Below the pieces are notes generated by a model. That model did no database searches, had not been told where the DNA came from, and saw nothing but the letters and a program-made list of their open reading frames with translations. A stretch of DNA of 63,298 nucleotides, filler included, from Guillardia theta CCMP2712 (Eukaryota > Protista > Cryptophyta): assembly GCF_000315625.1 (NCBI RefSeq). It is 7 parts of 7 records of this genome, joined end to end, with 100 filler letters (N's around TTAATTAATTAA, not from the genome) between each part and the next. Parts side by side here need not be neighbours in the genome. Positions count along the whole stretch, not along the records: positions 28,808 to 40,138 come from NW_005434563.1; positions 40,239 to 42,754 come from NW_005434639.1; positions 42,855 to 54,853 come from NW_005434518.1; 4 more parts are not named here. The stretch is one strand, 5' to 3'. Shown piece after piece: positions 34,600-48,610 of the stretch. How positions within the stretch are numbered: the stretch's first letter is position 1; the number at the start of each line of letters is the position of its first letter. The translations under genes were made by a program, and so were the position numbers.

Positions 34600-37199
34600 T
34601 CAAACCATTAGACATTTGCTGAATCCCTCCCGATCAGCACGTCTCGTTGCCGCAAACATGTCCTTGCCATACCGTCCGATGGCACTGCAGTTGTGGTGGG
34701 TAAGAACTGCACCGATGCCGAGCATGAGTCTCTCCTTACCTTCTCCGAGTTCTTCTTGATGGTGATGGGCATCGTTGTGTTGAACAGCGACCTTGATCGC
34801 CATGAGCGTGAACCTCGCACACCCTGTCTCCCCTAACCTGGCTGTTGCCGAGTACCCGAACGAGGACATGTCCGTTAGGACCGCGTCTTGTGCTCTGCCG
34901 AGCATCCACCAGTCGAGCATGGCAGTTTCTACCTGCAGGAGAGTGAGGAGAAGGAGAAAGGAGGATCCTGGGCGAGGAGGTGAACTTACCCCGTCCTCCC
35001 CACGAGGTCTCCCCTGCGCGTCTACTGCACTTGCTCCCCTTGCAGCATGCTGCTCGCCAGTGTGGGCAACGGGGCCCTCCTGCTCTGCCGTGAGCCGTGA
35101 GCTGGTGAAGAGGAGCGGACCTGCTGGACGACCCTCTCGCCGTATTTGCTGCGAGCAAGCACCCGAACCTGCGACTACCGGGTGAGGAGGAGGAGACATT
35201 GAGTGCAAGTAGGACTGAGCAGCAAAGGAGAATTGATGAGAGGAAGACCGAGGGAGTAGAGTAGAGTTGGTAAGAGAGGAGGGAAGGGGGAGGAGGAGAG
35301 TTCGGCAGGAGAGGGGAGAAAGGAGAAGCAGAGTTGGCAAAAGGTGTGGACGATGAGAGGAGCTGGAAAGGAGAGGGCAAATCAAGTGGCTCTGGAGCTG
35401 TTTCAACCTGTTCAAGGTCCGTGGCAAGATAAAGCACCGTCCCATCCCTCGTTGCAAGCAACTGATGGGAGGGAAGAGGAGGAGAAGCGGCAAGAGCGTC
35501 AGGCTTCTCCCCGGGAACGAATGGGGAACACCTCATCGATACAGCCCCATGCTGTATGTAGATCCTTGTCTTGGAACAAGTGTCAATGCGAGCAAGTTGG
35601 CAGCTCTCAAAGATTCGCTTCACCCGTCATCATCACGTAGTTGCTAGTATGAAGGGGCCCTACCCTGAGATGCGCGGCGACAACATGCCGAGCGCCTGCT
35701 ATGGCATTCTGCAGGAGAGAAGAATCAGGTTTTTGTTGAACTGAGACAAAGGAGTACCAACGAAGAGTAACGAGATTTCACAAGAACAGTTAAGAGATAT
35801 GTAAGGAACATTCACACGATGTCATAGGAACAGTCAAGGGAGATCATAGGAACAGAAGTCATACAGAGATCATGGAGGGGTCGAAGAGAGATTAAAGAGA
35901 CTACCATCATTCGCTCCTCTATCAGGCGAGTCGGGCTCAAGAGAGCCTGCCGGGCCTCTCAGAATGCCAACAAGCGCATCTTCTACTCCGGAAGCCCCAC
36001 CCTCATCATGCAGCCCATCAGTCGGTACTCCCGATGTCCCAGTACTCGGCTCGCCTGCTCCCAGCTCAGCACCGCATCGCAACGCAAGGAGCTCGCGGCT
36101 ACATGGTCGTCGGCTACATCGCACAGACGCCCGAGAGGGTACGTCGCATCTCTTGCATCGGAGCATCAGCCACAGGCAAGACCCGCTCCTCTCGTCACCT
36201 CCTGCTGATCAGACCCCAGAAGGAGGAGTAGGAGGAGTAGAGCATGACGGCTGCTGGGTGTGGTGTACCATGCCGCAGCTGCTTTGGGTCAGTCACGAGC
36301 GCTCTTGGCAGGTCAGCCAGCTCAGGATGTCTCCGACGGAACTCGCCAGCATCGCACTGAAAAGGAAGTCTGACGTATCTTGCTCGGGAGGAGGACATTC
36401 ATCAGGGGTGAAGATGGTAGGTGCTCATGTCAGCCATGGCGCGACACACACGCAGCTCCTGCTACCTGGTGAGGTCCCACGATGAGGTCCAGTCCAGGAG
36501 GAATACCCTACCAGTCGCCATGGCCATGGTCATGGCAGCTGTCAGAGCGATGACTCGGTTGCCCCATCCTTCTCCGTGGAAGCTCGGACGGTAGATAAGA
36601 TACCTGACCAGCCTTCACCATCTATTCTCCTCCTCACTGCTCTCCTCTCGCTCCCCGCTCAACTCCCCTCGCCCCTACTCTCCTCTCCTCTCTCTCTTCG
36701 CTCCTCAACCCCACCTTGTATCGTCGGGGGGTCTGTCAGCGAAGTAGACTGAGCGGTGAAATTCAGCATATCGCGCCAGTGCCTCCTCAAGTGTTGTGCC
36801 GGTCTGCAGGAAGTTGACGTTTTGAGCGGGGGGACGCATGCAGCTGCAGAGAACTGGAGGGTGCGATGCTGTCGGATCGATGGAGTAGGAAGCGACCCAT
36901 CCATAGGAGCTGTAGAAGACGGAAGGACAGCGATACGCGTCCTTCCTCATGCGCGCTATCATCGACAGGACGCGCCATGACAGGTCCTCTCGGCCGATCT
37001 GCAAGCATGCCGACGCCACTCCCTCCCAGTCCGTCCCCTCCAACTTCTTCGCTTCCTCGAGCCTCCTCTTCACGTCGGCTGGCAGCTTCCGGATCACCAT
37101 GTTGTCGCGATACTCGTGAGCATCTTCGCCCCTGCCCGCATCTCCTGCTCCGCCATGGAGCGCTAACAGCACAAGCAGGGCCAGCAGCTTGCGCTGCAT
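34600..37199 (-). CDS. Secretory fucosyltransferase-like glycosyltransferase (GT37/GT23-type)
   Basis: Signal peptide, GWGNRVIAL..A..TGR, VLYLATD and AMLDWWML...TDMSSFGYSA; multi-exon. Confidence 0.8.
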
Positions 37200-37619
37200 C
37201 GCGACCGGATTCTACTCAGTTTGGGGGTGGGGGTACTTACCTCCAACTGATATGGTGGGTCCATTGAGTTCATGTCAGGGGTATTTGAATTGGTCATATG
37301 ACCGGTGCCATTTTAGATACGAGGGGTAGAGAAGTTTTTTTGATATTTCGGAAGGGTGGTACCTTTGAGTCCGCGGAGGAAGGGAAGTGGTTGGTGTGGT
37401 AGGAGTGGCAGGAAAGGGAGAAGGACGACGACGACGACGAGGAGGAGGAGGAGGAGGAGGAGGAGGAGGAGGAGGAGGACATGGTAAAAGTGGAGGTGCA
37501 CGGAAAGGAGAAGATATCGATGGAATGGGAGGGAGGGAGGCGAGGAAAAAGCACAGGATAAGAAAAGAGGACAGAGAAAGGGCAGGGCGCTAAGCTGAAA
37601 GGATCATTCGCCATAGTTT

Positions 37620-40130
37620 CTCATGATCGCAACGTGATACGTCATCTTCAGTTTGACCGACTGGCCGCTCGCCGGGATGGCTTTGGGATATCGAAGATGT
37701 GAGGACGCTGCTACGGCAACAGACTCTTCCCCTTCCTCTCCTCTTTTCTTGTCCTAATCCTTTCTCCTCCTTCTCCTCCCTTACACTGTTCTCTCCTCCT
37801 CCCTGACCCGTGTACTCTTGATTTCTGTTTCCTTGTATCTACTCCATCTTCTCCCTTCATGTTCACTTGCTTTTCCTTGCCAGGCTCTCAAATTTTTGTC
37901 CTCCGAACCGTCCGCGCGACAGCGAATCGACGGACCCTGACAAAGTGGCTCCTCTGCCCCTACCTGCAAATGATCCTCTCCTCTTCCTTTCTTCCTCTTC
38001 CTTCCTCTCATACCTCCTCCTCCTCCCTCTCCCTCCTCTCCTTTCCTCCTCCTCCTCCTCCTTCTCTTCCTTCTCTTCCTACTTCTCCTGCTCCTCCTGC
38101 TCCTCCTGCTCCTCCTGCTCCTCCTGCTCCTCCTGCTCCTCCTGCTCCTCCTGCTCCTCCTGCTCCTCCTGCTCCTGCTCTGCTTCTGCCTCCGCCTCTG
38201 CCTCTGCCTCCTTCGCCTCCTCCTCCTGCTCCTGCTCCTCCCTCCTCCACCCCCTTCTCGCCTTCCCTTGTCGCTCAAGTTCTTCGACCTTTTACAGGTT
38301 GCTTTTCTCAAGACCCATGCGCTCAGTCACTGGCTCGAGTCGACCGGAATGTGAGAGATCAGGAGCATTGATGCATCTTGTACATCTCGATGAGGATGTC
38401 GTGTTGGTTGTGATCATACCCTGTTGCACATCTCGATGAAAGTTTTACAATTTGCAATGATCGTCTCCTCTTGTACATTTGATGAAAGTTTCCTCCACTT
38501 TAATCAGATCGTGCCAACTTGTACATCTTGATGAAATTTCTCCTCCGTTGTGGTCCTTCCCCGTTTCAGATCGAAAAGTCCTCGGTGGCTATCGAGCTTG
38601 CACGCGGTATGAAACCCAAGTTCGTTGAGTGTGTGGTTGCTGCCTGTTTGCTCGTTGTGATGTAGACACCTTCCCTCTTCATCATTCCTCAACACAAGTG
38701 CGCCATCCCCCCATGCTCATTTCTTGCAAGCAGGATTGCAGACGCGTACTCATCTCGAGAGAAATCCGTCCGGCACCTCGTCAACTTCTTACAAGCCGAC
38801 TCGGATTATCTCCTGCCGGTCTGCTGGGGTGCTGCTGGCAGCAGAGACGTTGACAGTCGTCAGGTGCTGAGGCAGTTCCTTCGCCATCTCTTCGTGCTAG
38901 CGACCAAGGTGAGAAGAGCTTCTTCTCACCCCCCCTCGACTCTCTCTCTCCCTTCCTGCCTGCCTGCCTGCCTGCCTTCCTTCGTTGCTGTCCCTCTCCC
39001 TCCCTCCCTCCCTCCCTCCCTCCCTCCCTCCCTCCCTCCCTCCCTCCCTCCCTCACTCCCTCCCTCCCTCCCTCCCTCCCTCCCTCACTCCCTCCCTCCC
39101 TTCCTCACAGTCATGGTGCAGGCAGACAAGACGAGGAAAAAAGAGTGAGGCGATTGTTTGCTGCCTCCTCCTCACCCTCTGTTGGAATCGCTCAGCTGAC
39201 GTGGCATGATCAGCTCCGAGGAGACCTTTACAATGAAGTGCAACAAATTCCTGTCGCAACTTTGGCCAAACATTGTCAATGACGATGAGAGGAATTATGC
39301 TTGCATCCCACTCTACATCGTTGGATGGAAGGTTGTGTGGCGTTGGTGGTGGTGGTGATGATGATGATCGTGAAAAATTGGAGACTGCTGCTGATAACGA
39401 TGATGATAAACAAGATGATTTTTGAATTGTGATGGTGGAGGTGGTGATAGTGATGGCAAACATGTTGAGTTTGGTAACATGGCAACTTTCTAGACAACTC
39501 ACTTGCCTGTCTTTCAGTGTGCTCATCATCTCAATGCGACGACGGTTGTGTCCCGCTGGCGTCTTCCATCAGTGACGATGCAGTTGTCGGATGAAGTTGT
39601 GTACAGGTGAAGTTTATCGAGCTCGATGCTGATTCTACGCTGTCTTGTTCGTCTTCTATCATTTCGTGTCTTACTCGATTGCTCTCTCTTTCTCTCATGC
39701 TTCGTTACTTTGCATCTTTTAGCCTCTTGCTCTGACATTTCCCATCGATCGTTTCTCCTTCTCCTTATCTTTTCTGTTCTTAGTTGTATTCACGTTGAGA
39801 TAATCATTCACTCTTGCTCTTTGCATCTCCTTCCTATTGTCCTCCTTTCGGTCGCTCAATTTCATTTGCAGATACTGGCAAGGCCTTGTAGAGTTCAAAT
39901 CTGTGAGGATATTTTCATCACCGCCATTACCTACTCTTCTTCCTTCTTTTCATCCTTATCTTTTCATCGACTCCATCGCTTTCCTCCTCGTCCTCGTCCT
40001 CGTCCTCTCGTCCTCCTCGTCCTCCTCTTCCCTGCCTCACTTTCCTCCTCTCCTCCTCCTCCTCCTCCTCCTCCTCCTCCTCCTCCTCTTTGTTGTCCTT
40101 TCTCAAAACCATCGTCATCGTTTATCTTGA
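37620..40130 (+). CDS. Probable gene of small exons among microsatellite introns; product unknown
   Basis: Short AG/GT-bounded segments (37884-37943, 38298-38350, 38734-38778) between CT-rich tracts. Confidence 0.3.
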
Positions 40131-40906
40131 TCTGAATCNNNNNNNNNNNNNNNNNNNNNNNNNNNNNNNNNNNNNNNNNNNNTTAATTAATTAANNNNNN
40201 NNNNNNNNNNNNNNNNNNNNNNNNNNNNNNNNNNNNNNTCGTTGAGTAAGATCTGCGAAGGTGAGACTGTGATCAGAACGAGCAAGAAGGGAAGAAAAGC
40301 CAGAGGGCGAAAAAGAGAGGAAGAGAGAGGAGGAGAGAGGAGGAGAGAGGAGGAGAGAGGAGGAGAGAGGAGGAGAGAGGAGGAGACGAGGAGAGAGGAG
40401 GAGACGAGGAGGAGAGGAGGAGAGACGAGGAGAGACGAGGAGACGACGAGGAGACGAGGAGGAGACGAGGAGGAGACGAGGAGACGAGGAGACGAGGAGA
40501 CGAGGAGACGAGGAGAGGAGGAGAGGAGGCAGTGCGGACAGGATGATTAGAGACGATATGGTGGGTATAGGAGGAGAGGGAGAGAGAGAAGAGAGAGGAG
40601 GGGGACAAGGTTGGTGGAGGAGTGGAGGATGGAGTTTTACTTGCTCGACTTGTTTGCTGTCCATGACAACGCCCTTTGCGCCTTCGGACTTAATCTGTCA
40701 ACCATGTCAAGAGAACTTCCGTATCGCGGTCAAACTCACCTTTTTGAGCGCCGGGCCTTCGTCTGCTGACATCCTGTCCATCACTCGTTCAGGTCTCAGA
40801 AGAGTGAAGAATGAACAGAAACAGTATCATTTAAAAGTAAGGAGAAGAGGGGTGCGAAGGGGTTGGCTGAGACAGTGGGCAGGGGGAAATGAGCAGGAGA
40901 CAGTGG

Positions 40907-41068
<162 letters not shown>

Positions 41069-41931
41069 TTTGTTAGGCGGAAACAGCATGAGGGACAGGA
41101 AGAAGGTCCAATTGGAGGGGGTGGTGGTACCATCTTTTTAACCTAGAGAAATGAACTTGGAGCGAGGGGGTGGGGTGGTTAGGTGGTCCACCATCATCCC
41201 CCGCCTGCTTCACGTGCGATCATGGCAGGAGGGAAACGGAAGCGAGAGGAGGTAAGCGAGGAGGAGGGGGAGGGAAAAGGGGAAGGGAGATGGGGGAGGG
41301 AGAGGGAAGAGGGGAGGGAGGGAGGGAGGGAGAGGGAGAGGGGAGAGGGAGAGGGAGAGGGAGAGGGAGAGGGAGAGGGGAGAGGGAGGGAGAGGGAGAG
41401 GGAGAGGGAGAGGGAGAGGGAGAGGGGGGTGGCGGATTGCAGAGGAGGAGGAATGCAGCAGCAGGAGGAAGGGATGATTGAAGGAAGCAGGTTATCCCGC
41501 AGGAAGCTGCTGCGAGCTCTTCTAGGCCCCTGTGAGGCTTCAGGAGCGGGATGGAGATGCGCGAAGGAGGGAGGGCGGGAGGTGCTGAACGAGGCCTGGT
41601 GGAAGCCGTTGGAGGGGATGGAGAGCGGCAGGCAGGAGGGAGCGGTGAGGGAGACGGTTGAGGACGCGAGCTGACTGATGGCAGTTGAGGATCGAGAGGA
41701 ACGAGGTGAAGGTGACGGACGGGGCCAAGGAGATCGAAGTAGCTCGTCTCTTCTCCTCTCCTCCTCTCACTTCTCCTCAGATTCTCTTCCCCGAGATACT
41801 CGCTGACGCCGTCTGCCTTACTGTGCTTGACGCTGATAGTGTTACGAAGAATGCTGGTAAGACTGAATCATGCTGGAGATCGTGATGATGAAGATGAAGA
41901 TGAAGATGATGTCGTTTGCTGCTTCTGCTTC

Positions 41932-42009
<78 letters not shown>

Positions 42010-43426
42010 TGGTGCTAGTGCTGGTGATGGTGATGGTGATGGTGATGGTGATGGTGATGGTGATGGTGATGGTGATGGTGGTGATGGTGATAATGATGAT
42101 AGAAGGTCTGCATTGACATGATTGTTTCTTTGCAAGTGCTCAACGAATTTCAAGTGTTTGGGAAGCCATTGATAGAGGGCGATGGAAAAGTTGCATCCCC
42201 ATCCTCCCCTTCCTCCTCCTCCTCGTCAACGACCAACACTTCGCCGTCTTCGCCTCATGTTGAAATCATCAGTCCCGCGCATGGGACTACCGTGGAAAAG
42301 CCATTGTTGAGACTGAAACTTGAGGGTGAGGAAGAGAAGCAAGGGAAGGACGGTCGTGCATTGAGAGAAGGAGGAAAAGGAGGAGGAGGAGGACAAGGAG
42401 GAGGGCAAGGAGGGAGAGAAGGATGACGAGGAGGAGGAGGAGGAGGAGGAGGAGGAGGAGGAGGAGGAGGAGGAGGAGGAGGAGGAGGAGGAGGAACGAG
42501 GAGCAGCAGCAGCAGCAGCAGCGAGGACGTGGTGGTAGGAGGGTAAACTTCGTAACCTTCACGTTAGGGATTTTGCTCACTCCAGTCGAGCGAACGGCTG
42601 ATGATTTCTCTCGACGGTGCCCCCGGTGAGTGTGCAAGGAGAGGATGATTAAGGTTGATAGGGTTTGTGCATGGGAGGATGAGGAAGGGAACTAAGAAGT
42701 GAAGTAACAAATGAATTGCTTGCCAGGGTCGCCGTCCTCTTTGAATAATTTTCANNNNNNNNNNNNNNNNNNNNNNNNNNNNNNNNNNNNNNNNNNNNTT
42801 AATTAATTAANNNNNNNNNNNNNNNNNNNNNNNNNNNNNNNNNNNNNNNNNNNNTGCCTCCCTTGCGTCTGCTGCTTCTGGCTGTAAAGGAGGTCATGGG
42901 ATGTGAGGAAGGTGAGAGCAAGAAGGCAAGTGAGAGAGCGAGCACGAGAGGGGGAGGATGAAGATAAGACCAAGGCACAGAAGGAAGCGAGCGAAAAGAG
43001 GAGGAGGAGTAGGAGGAGGAGTAAGAAAGGAGGTAGGAGGGAGGAGGGAGGAGGGAGGAGGGAGGAGGGAGGAGGGAGGAGCACTTACTCTGGATGAGAT
43101 CATTCCTGATTGAAAGCCTAGTTTCCACGAGATTGACGATGACGCCATGATGTTCCTGCGGGAAGAAATGAGGAGAGAAGAAAGAAGGGGGGGGGGGAGA
43201 GGAGGAGGAGGAGGAGGAGGAGGAGGAGGAGGAGGAGGAGGAGGAGGAGGAGGAGGAGGAGGAGGAGGAGGAGGAGGAGGAGGAGGAGGAGGAGGAGGGG
43301 GAGGAATGAGAGAGGAGGAGGGAGGGAGGAGAGAGAGGGAAGGGGGAGGGGGAGGAATGAGAGAGGAGGAGAGAGGAGGAGTCGGGAGGGTTTTGGTTGT
43401 CAATGACGGTGAGATTTGGATGTCAG

Positions 43427-43525
43427 GCCTTCGATTCTTCTCCTTCCGCAATCTCACTGATGCGAGCGAACTCAGAATATATTCCAACTCGCGGTCAGAT
43501 ATGTCAATGCTGCTGCTGCTGCTCC

Positions 43526-43583
<58 letters not shown>

Positions 43584-43584
43584 A

Positions 43585-43626
<42 letters not shown>

Positions 43627-43762
43627 ATATCTTGATGACACAACTGGAGCAGTTTGCGCTTGGGTTGAAGACATAACCAGCAATGATTCTCAGTCGTCTC
43701 TTCTTCCACCAGGTGTTTGTGGCTGATGGAATTGTATTATACCGATTTTACCTGACTATGTC

Positions 43763-43797
<35 letters not shown>

Positions 43798-44530
43798 CTC
43801 TTCCTCCTCGTCCTCGTCCTCCTCTTCCTCTTCCTCATTGCAGAATCTGCGGACTTCGCAACTCTTGTTTTGTCTTGTCGGCTGTCCCACCGGACAAGAC
43901 GGAACTTGTTTTGAGACGAGCGTACGACATGCTCAAGATCGGCGGGTAACGTGGAGGAGGAGGAGGAGGAGCTGGGAGCTAATTGTATGAAATGATTCCA
44001 GGAAGTTACTTCTTAGGGACTACGCGCAAGGAGATCTTGCCCATCTTCGACACGGAGAAGGTGAGAGAGGAAGAGAATGAAAACAACAAGAATGACATGA
44101 ATGTTTCACTTCCTCTCTCACTCATTCTCTTCTTTCTTTCGTCTCCTTCTCTTCTTCTCGTTCGTTCTCCTTCATTTCTTTTCCTTCACTCCTCCTCTTC
44201 GTCTTTTCCTTCACTTTCTCAGCTGCTTATCTGCAATCTCACTGCTATGCTCGAGGAGATCTCACGCTAGTAAGTTGATGCTGCATCTTCAATCTCACAC
44301 ACTCTGATCTGCTTCTCCTGCTCTTCTCCTCCTCCCTCCCTCTCTCTGTCTCTCCTCAATCTTCTTCCCTCCCCTGCTCTCCTCCTCCTCCTCCTCTCCC
44401 CCACTCCAGGCGCACTACCTGAGCTCAGCTCGACTCTCTCAGCTCGTCCAGTCTGTGGGTGAGTGAGAGCGCGAGCTCGACATCTTGCCTGAGGGTCTTC
44501 AAGGGTTCAAGATTGACAAGTGCGAGGAAG
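43427..44530 (+). CDS. METTL2/6-like (tRNA m3C) methyltransferase, partial
   Basis: Spliced AFDSSPSAISLMR, FVLSAVPPDK...MLKIGG|KLLLRDYAQGDLAHLRH. The GCG motif I exon was not found, and there is an apparent 1-nt frameshift near 43868. Confidence 0.7.
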
Positions 44531-45274
44531 TAGTCAGGAAGATCTACAACAGGTGATGAGGTCATCTGACATGTACATGATAGTTGGTTATGATCGACTG
44601 TGATCATCGCCTTCATGTTTCATCTCTCCCCTTCCCCTCTCTCTTCTCTCTCTGATATCCTTCCCCCAACCTTGCTTTCTCCTGCTCCGGAAGCCTTCTC
44701 ACCCCATCTCCTTCATCTTTCTTTGCTCTCCTGTTTTTCATCCTCTCCCTCCCTCCCTTTGAGCCAGCCCGCCCCCCCCCCGCCTCCGCCTCTCATTTTT
44801 TCATTCTTCTCCTAAAACTTCACCCAGGAAGGAGAAAAAGCTCATGACACGACGATGGCTGCAAGGAAGCTTTGTCAAGGGCGGGTGAATCGAACATCTC
44901 ATGTTGAGATAAGAAATCAGATCAAAAGTGTAAGAAAACAACGACTTGTCATGTCAAGGAAGAACATCAACAATCTCCTTCAGTATGGCTCTGCTTCAAT
45001 GTCAGAGCTGCAACCTTGTATGAACTTCACCTCTCACCTCTCAAACCCATCGCGAGATGTTGTCTCTTGTCATGACAGAAATTAACATCATCTTTCCTCA
45101 GCTTCAACTGCAGAGAGGAGACACAACATGTCACCAAACAACATGTTCTTCATTGACATCTTCACTCACAATCCCTCGCGTGTCCCTCTCGCCCTCGACT
45201 TCTGGCTTGATATACTGCAAAAACACATGGTTTAGACAACAGACGGATCCACCATCATCACAAGAAGCGGCTCA

Positions 45275-46633
45275 TCAGATCGTCATCAACATGCCTCTTG
45301 TTCCTTCACCTGCTTCGAGTATGCAGTCTGCCATGTGCTCTCTTTCGCAGCTTTCCACTGCGATCACAAAAGAAGTTAGAGATGAGGGGAGGGAGGAAGA
45401 GGGAGGGAGGGAGGGAGGGAGGGAGGGAGGGAGGGGGAGTGGGTTAAGGGCCCGTTCGTTAGCATCTCCTTCCTCTCCATCTCGTTTCGCTTCTCCTCTC
45501 TTCCTCACCTCCGCCTTCTTCTTCTCGAGCAGGCTGCTTCTCTCATGCACCCCCTGCGGGATGTTCCTGTCCACCTGACACATCTCAAGGATCAGGACCT
45601 GCGGGCACATAGAAAGAAGGGAAGGGGAGGGAAGGGAAGGGAAGGGAGGGGAAGGGAAGGGAGGGGAAGGGAAGGGAGGGGAAGGAAAAGGAAGCGAGGG
45701 GAAGGAAAAGGAAGGGAAGGAGAAGGTAGGGATACAGCACAGCACAGCACAGCACAGCACAGCACAGCACAGCACAGCACAGCACAGCACAGCACAGCAC
45801 AAATACAAGAACAATCATCTTCTGTCTCTTCTTTCACCTCCTAGCATCGCTCATCGACACCATCTCACCTTCGTCACGCCGCTCCATAGGACGGTATCAA
45901 CTCTCTTGGGCCCCTGGACTTGAGAGATGGACAGGTCGTAGGTCGATATCATCTGCCTAGTCTCCTCCTCTCCCTCCCGCTGCTGCCCCTGCCTCTTCCC
46001 GTCAGCGCACACGTGCTCCTGCTCTTGTTCAGACGACGTCTTCTCACCATCTGCACGTTGGACACGTTGCCGATCGTGGTCGGCTTCTTGTTCGCGTCAG
46101 GGTCAGCAGTTCTCGCGATGAAGTCGGCTTGAGTTGTTGTCCTCATATCCAAGGGTTGCCGCCCGTGATTCGTCTCCTGCCCAGTTCCGTCAAGGTAGGG
46201 AGGAGGAGCGGGGAGATTGAACGATAGCGCAGTGGCAAACAGGAGGGAAGGAGGGGAAGGGACGGGAGGAGGGGAGGACGAGGAAGGTGAGGATGGAGCC
46301 ATGAAATCCAGAGGGACGAGAACAACAATCAGAACTGGAGGGAGTATATGATATGGATACCATACAGCACTTGAAATTTGAGTCTGATAGATACAACACA
46401 TAGCACTTCACATTTGATCCCTCCCTCCTTTGTATCCTCCCTCCCTCCCTCCCATCCCTCCCTCCTTGCTTCTCTTCAATTTTTAAGTTCTTTCTCACCT
46501 TAAGAGCATCTCCATACTGATTCTCCACCCAGTTTCCGACCTTAACGCCATTGCTGTAATGGTTCTGGTGGTCGGAGATGCCGATGCCGTTTGTTCCGAA
46601 CCTCACCCACGTCTCTTGATGCACATACGCCAT
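45275..46633 (-). CDS. Probable ciliary microtubule inner protein (CFAP107/CFAP68-like GNW motif)
   Basis: YSNGVKVGNWVE, TTTQADF and MISTYDLS. The 3' end is approximate. Confidence 0.55.
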
Positions 46634-47486
46634 GTCGGTCGTCGAAGAGCTGAGAAGGAAAGAAAAAGTCAAATGTCAGTGACAATGAGGTTACATCTTC
46701 TTGTGGGTTTCCTGCATGAATACCTCATACAGTCAAATGATGCTTGTCCTGTTCCCTTCTCCCGCATTGCCTGGCTGCCACTCTCCAGCTGTTCGCTGAT
46801 ATGCCCTGCTCTCTCCACTCCTTTCCTTTCCTTCTCCCCTCCCCTCCCCCTCCCCTCCTCCTCCTCCTTCCCTTCTTCTTTCTCTCTTCTTCTCTCTTCT
46901 TCTCTCTTCTTATCTCTTCTTCTCTCCTCCTCTCCCTTCTTCTCTCTTCTTCTCTCTCTGTCTCTCTCTTCTCTCTCTTCTTCTCTTTCTTCTCTCTCTT
47001 CTCTTCCTTCTCTTGCCATTCTCGTCCATTCCATTCTTCTGCATCACACAACTGACAACGTTCGAACTACCCCACCCCCCTTAAATTGTCATATATGAAT
47101 ATACCCGTCCTTTCTATAGTCTTTGTGCTCTAAATCTATGGGTAAGAGTACACCCCTACCCCCATCATTTTGGACCCTATGACCTCCAGACCTCCTCGCC
47201 CTGAGTGATACGTGAAGGAGAAAGAGATGGAGGCGATGGCGATGGCGACGAGAAGAAGATAAGAAGAGAAGACGAGAGAAGATCAAGAACATTCTGATGA
47301 ACATCCTCTGATGGGATCGACAGCTGCAAGCTAGGTTCGATCCCTGGTCACCCTCGCACACATACACCTAGGGCGGCAGGAGAGCGTCCCGAGGAAGGCG
47401 CAGTCTTAGGACCTGCTGAACGACCTGTCGTGTCACTCTACCGTCATCTTGTCTCAAACATCGAGCTGATAGCTCAGAATATCAGC

Positions 47487-48438
47487 ATGTCCATCCCCTT
47501 CAACTTCTCGTCCTCCTCCCTCTTCAAGGCGCCCGGCGGAAGTGCGGATAAATCCAGCATGCCCGTCTCAAACTTGTTCAGTGCACCAACCAATGCTCCT
47601 CTCTTCTCCGCAGCTACGTTTCTGCTGCAGCACCTACGACAGCAACCACAACCCCCCCTGCCCCTGCCCCTGTCCCTGTCTCTGCTCCTGCTCCTGCTCC
47701 TGCCCCTGCTCCTGCTCCTGCTCCTGCTCCTGCTTCGGCGGCTGCCCCTGGTCTTGCTCCTGCTCCGCCTCCTGACTTTACAGCGGCGAACGCTCAGATG
47801 ATTCAGGCGATTCAGGAGTGCTGCAACAACATCGCCAAGAAGCTGGAGCAAGCCGCTGAGAAGATCAGAACCCACGACCAAGGCGTGAAGAGCGATTCAT
47901 ACAACGTGAGCATGGAGAAGTAGATGGAGTGAGGTAGAGGAACGTGTGCATCAAGAGAGTATGAAAGCGAAGTTGGAGGGGATGGGGAAGTGGAGGCTGG
48001 AATGAAGAGAGATGGTGAGACGATTCTAAAATGGGCATGCAGATTGAGAAGCTTGAGAAGGAGGTTGTGGAGCTGAACAGAAAGCATGATCACCTTTCTA
48101 CACTTGTTGAACAGGTTTGTTTTCCCTCCTTCTTCCTTCCAGACTGACATGGACGTGTGTGTCTGGTGACGATAGCTCGAGTACGATCACGCGAATGTAA
48201 GGACGAATTCGTTTCCCGGACATGCATACGAGTCGTGACAGTTGACAGGCTGTGACTCGGATTCAGTGTCTGCTGCAAAACGCTCAGGAGCGAGTGGAGG
48301 CGTCTCATCCCCTGCAGCTGCATGACCGAGTGAAGGTGTGATCATGTGATGACAACATGATGAACTCCTGATATTCTTGTGCAGGCTAACTTCCTATCCG
48401 AGATCCGTAGCTTGCAGCAGGCAATTGAGTTCAAATGA
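47487..48438 (+). CDS. Possible Nup62/Nsp1-like protein (FxF/S-rich N-terminus plus coiled coil)
   Basis: MSIPFNFSSSSLF..NLFS..PLFS, then IQECCNNIAKKLEQ..IEKLEKEVVEL. Family assignment is tentative. Confidence 0.4.
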
Positions 48439-48610
48439 ACGTATTGAACTTGTTTCATATGTATCCAGTATGTCAACCCAGCATTTGATAGGCAGATGAT
48501 CCCTTTGCAGTTCAGCGATGTTGAGCAAATATTTTATTTTCTAGTTTTTTTGAAGTTTTGAGAGATTTTTTTTGGTTTGGGGTGCATCAGCACAAGAATA
48601 CATGGAGCGT

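Noticed and set aside
38370-38545. Degenerate ~47-bp repeat with core TGTACATCTCGATGA
   Set aside because: It looks like an ordinary intronic minisatellite, with no further structure seen.
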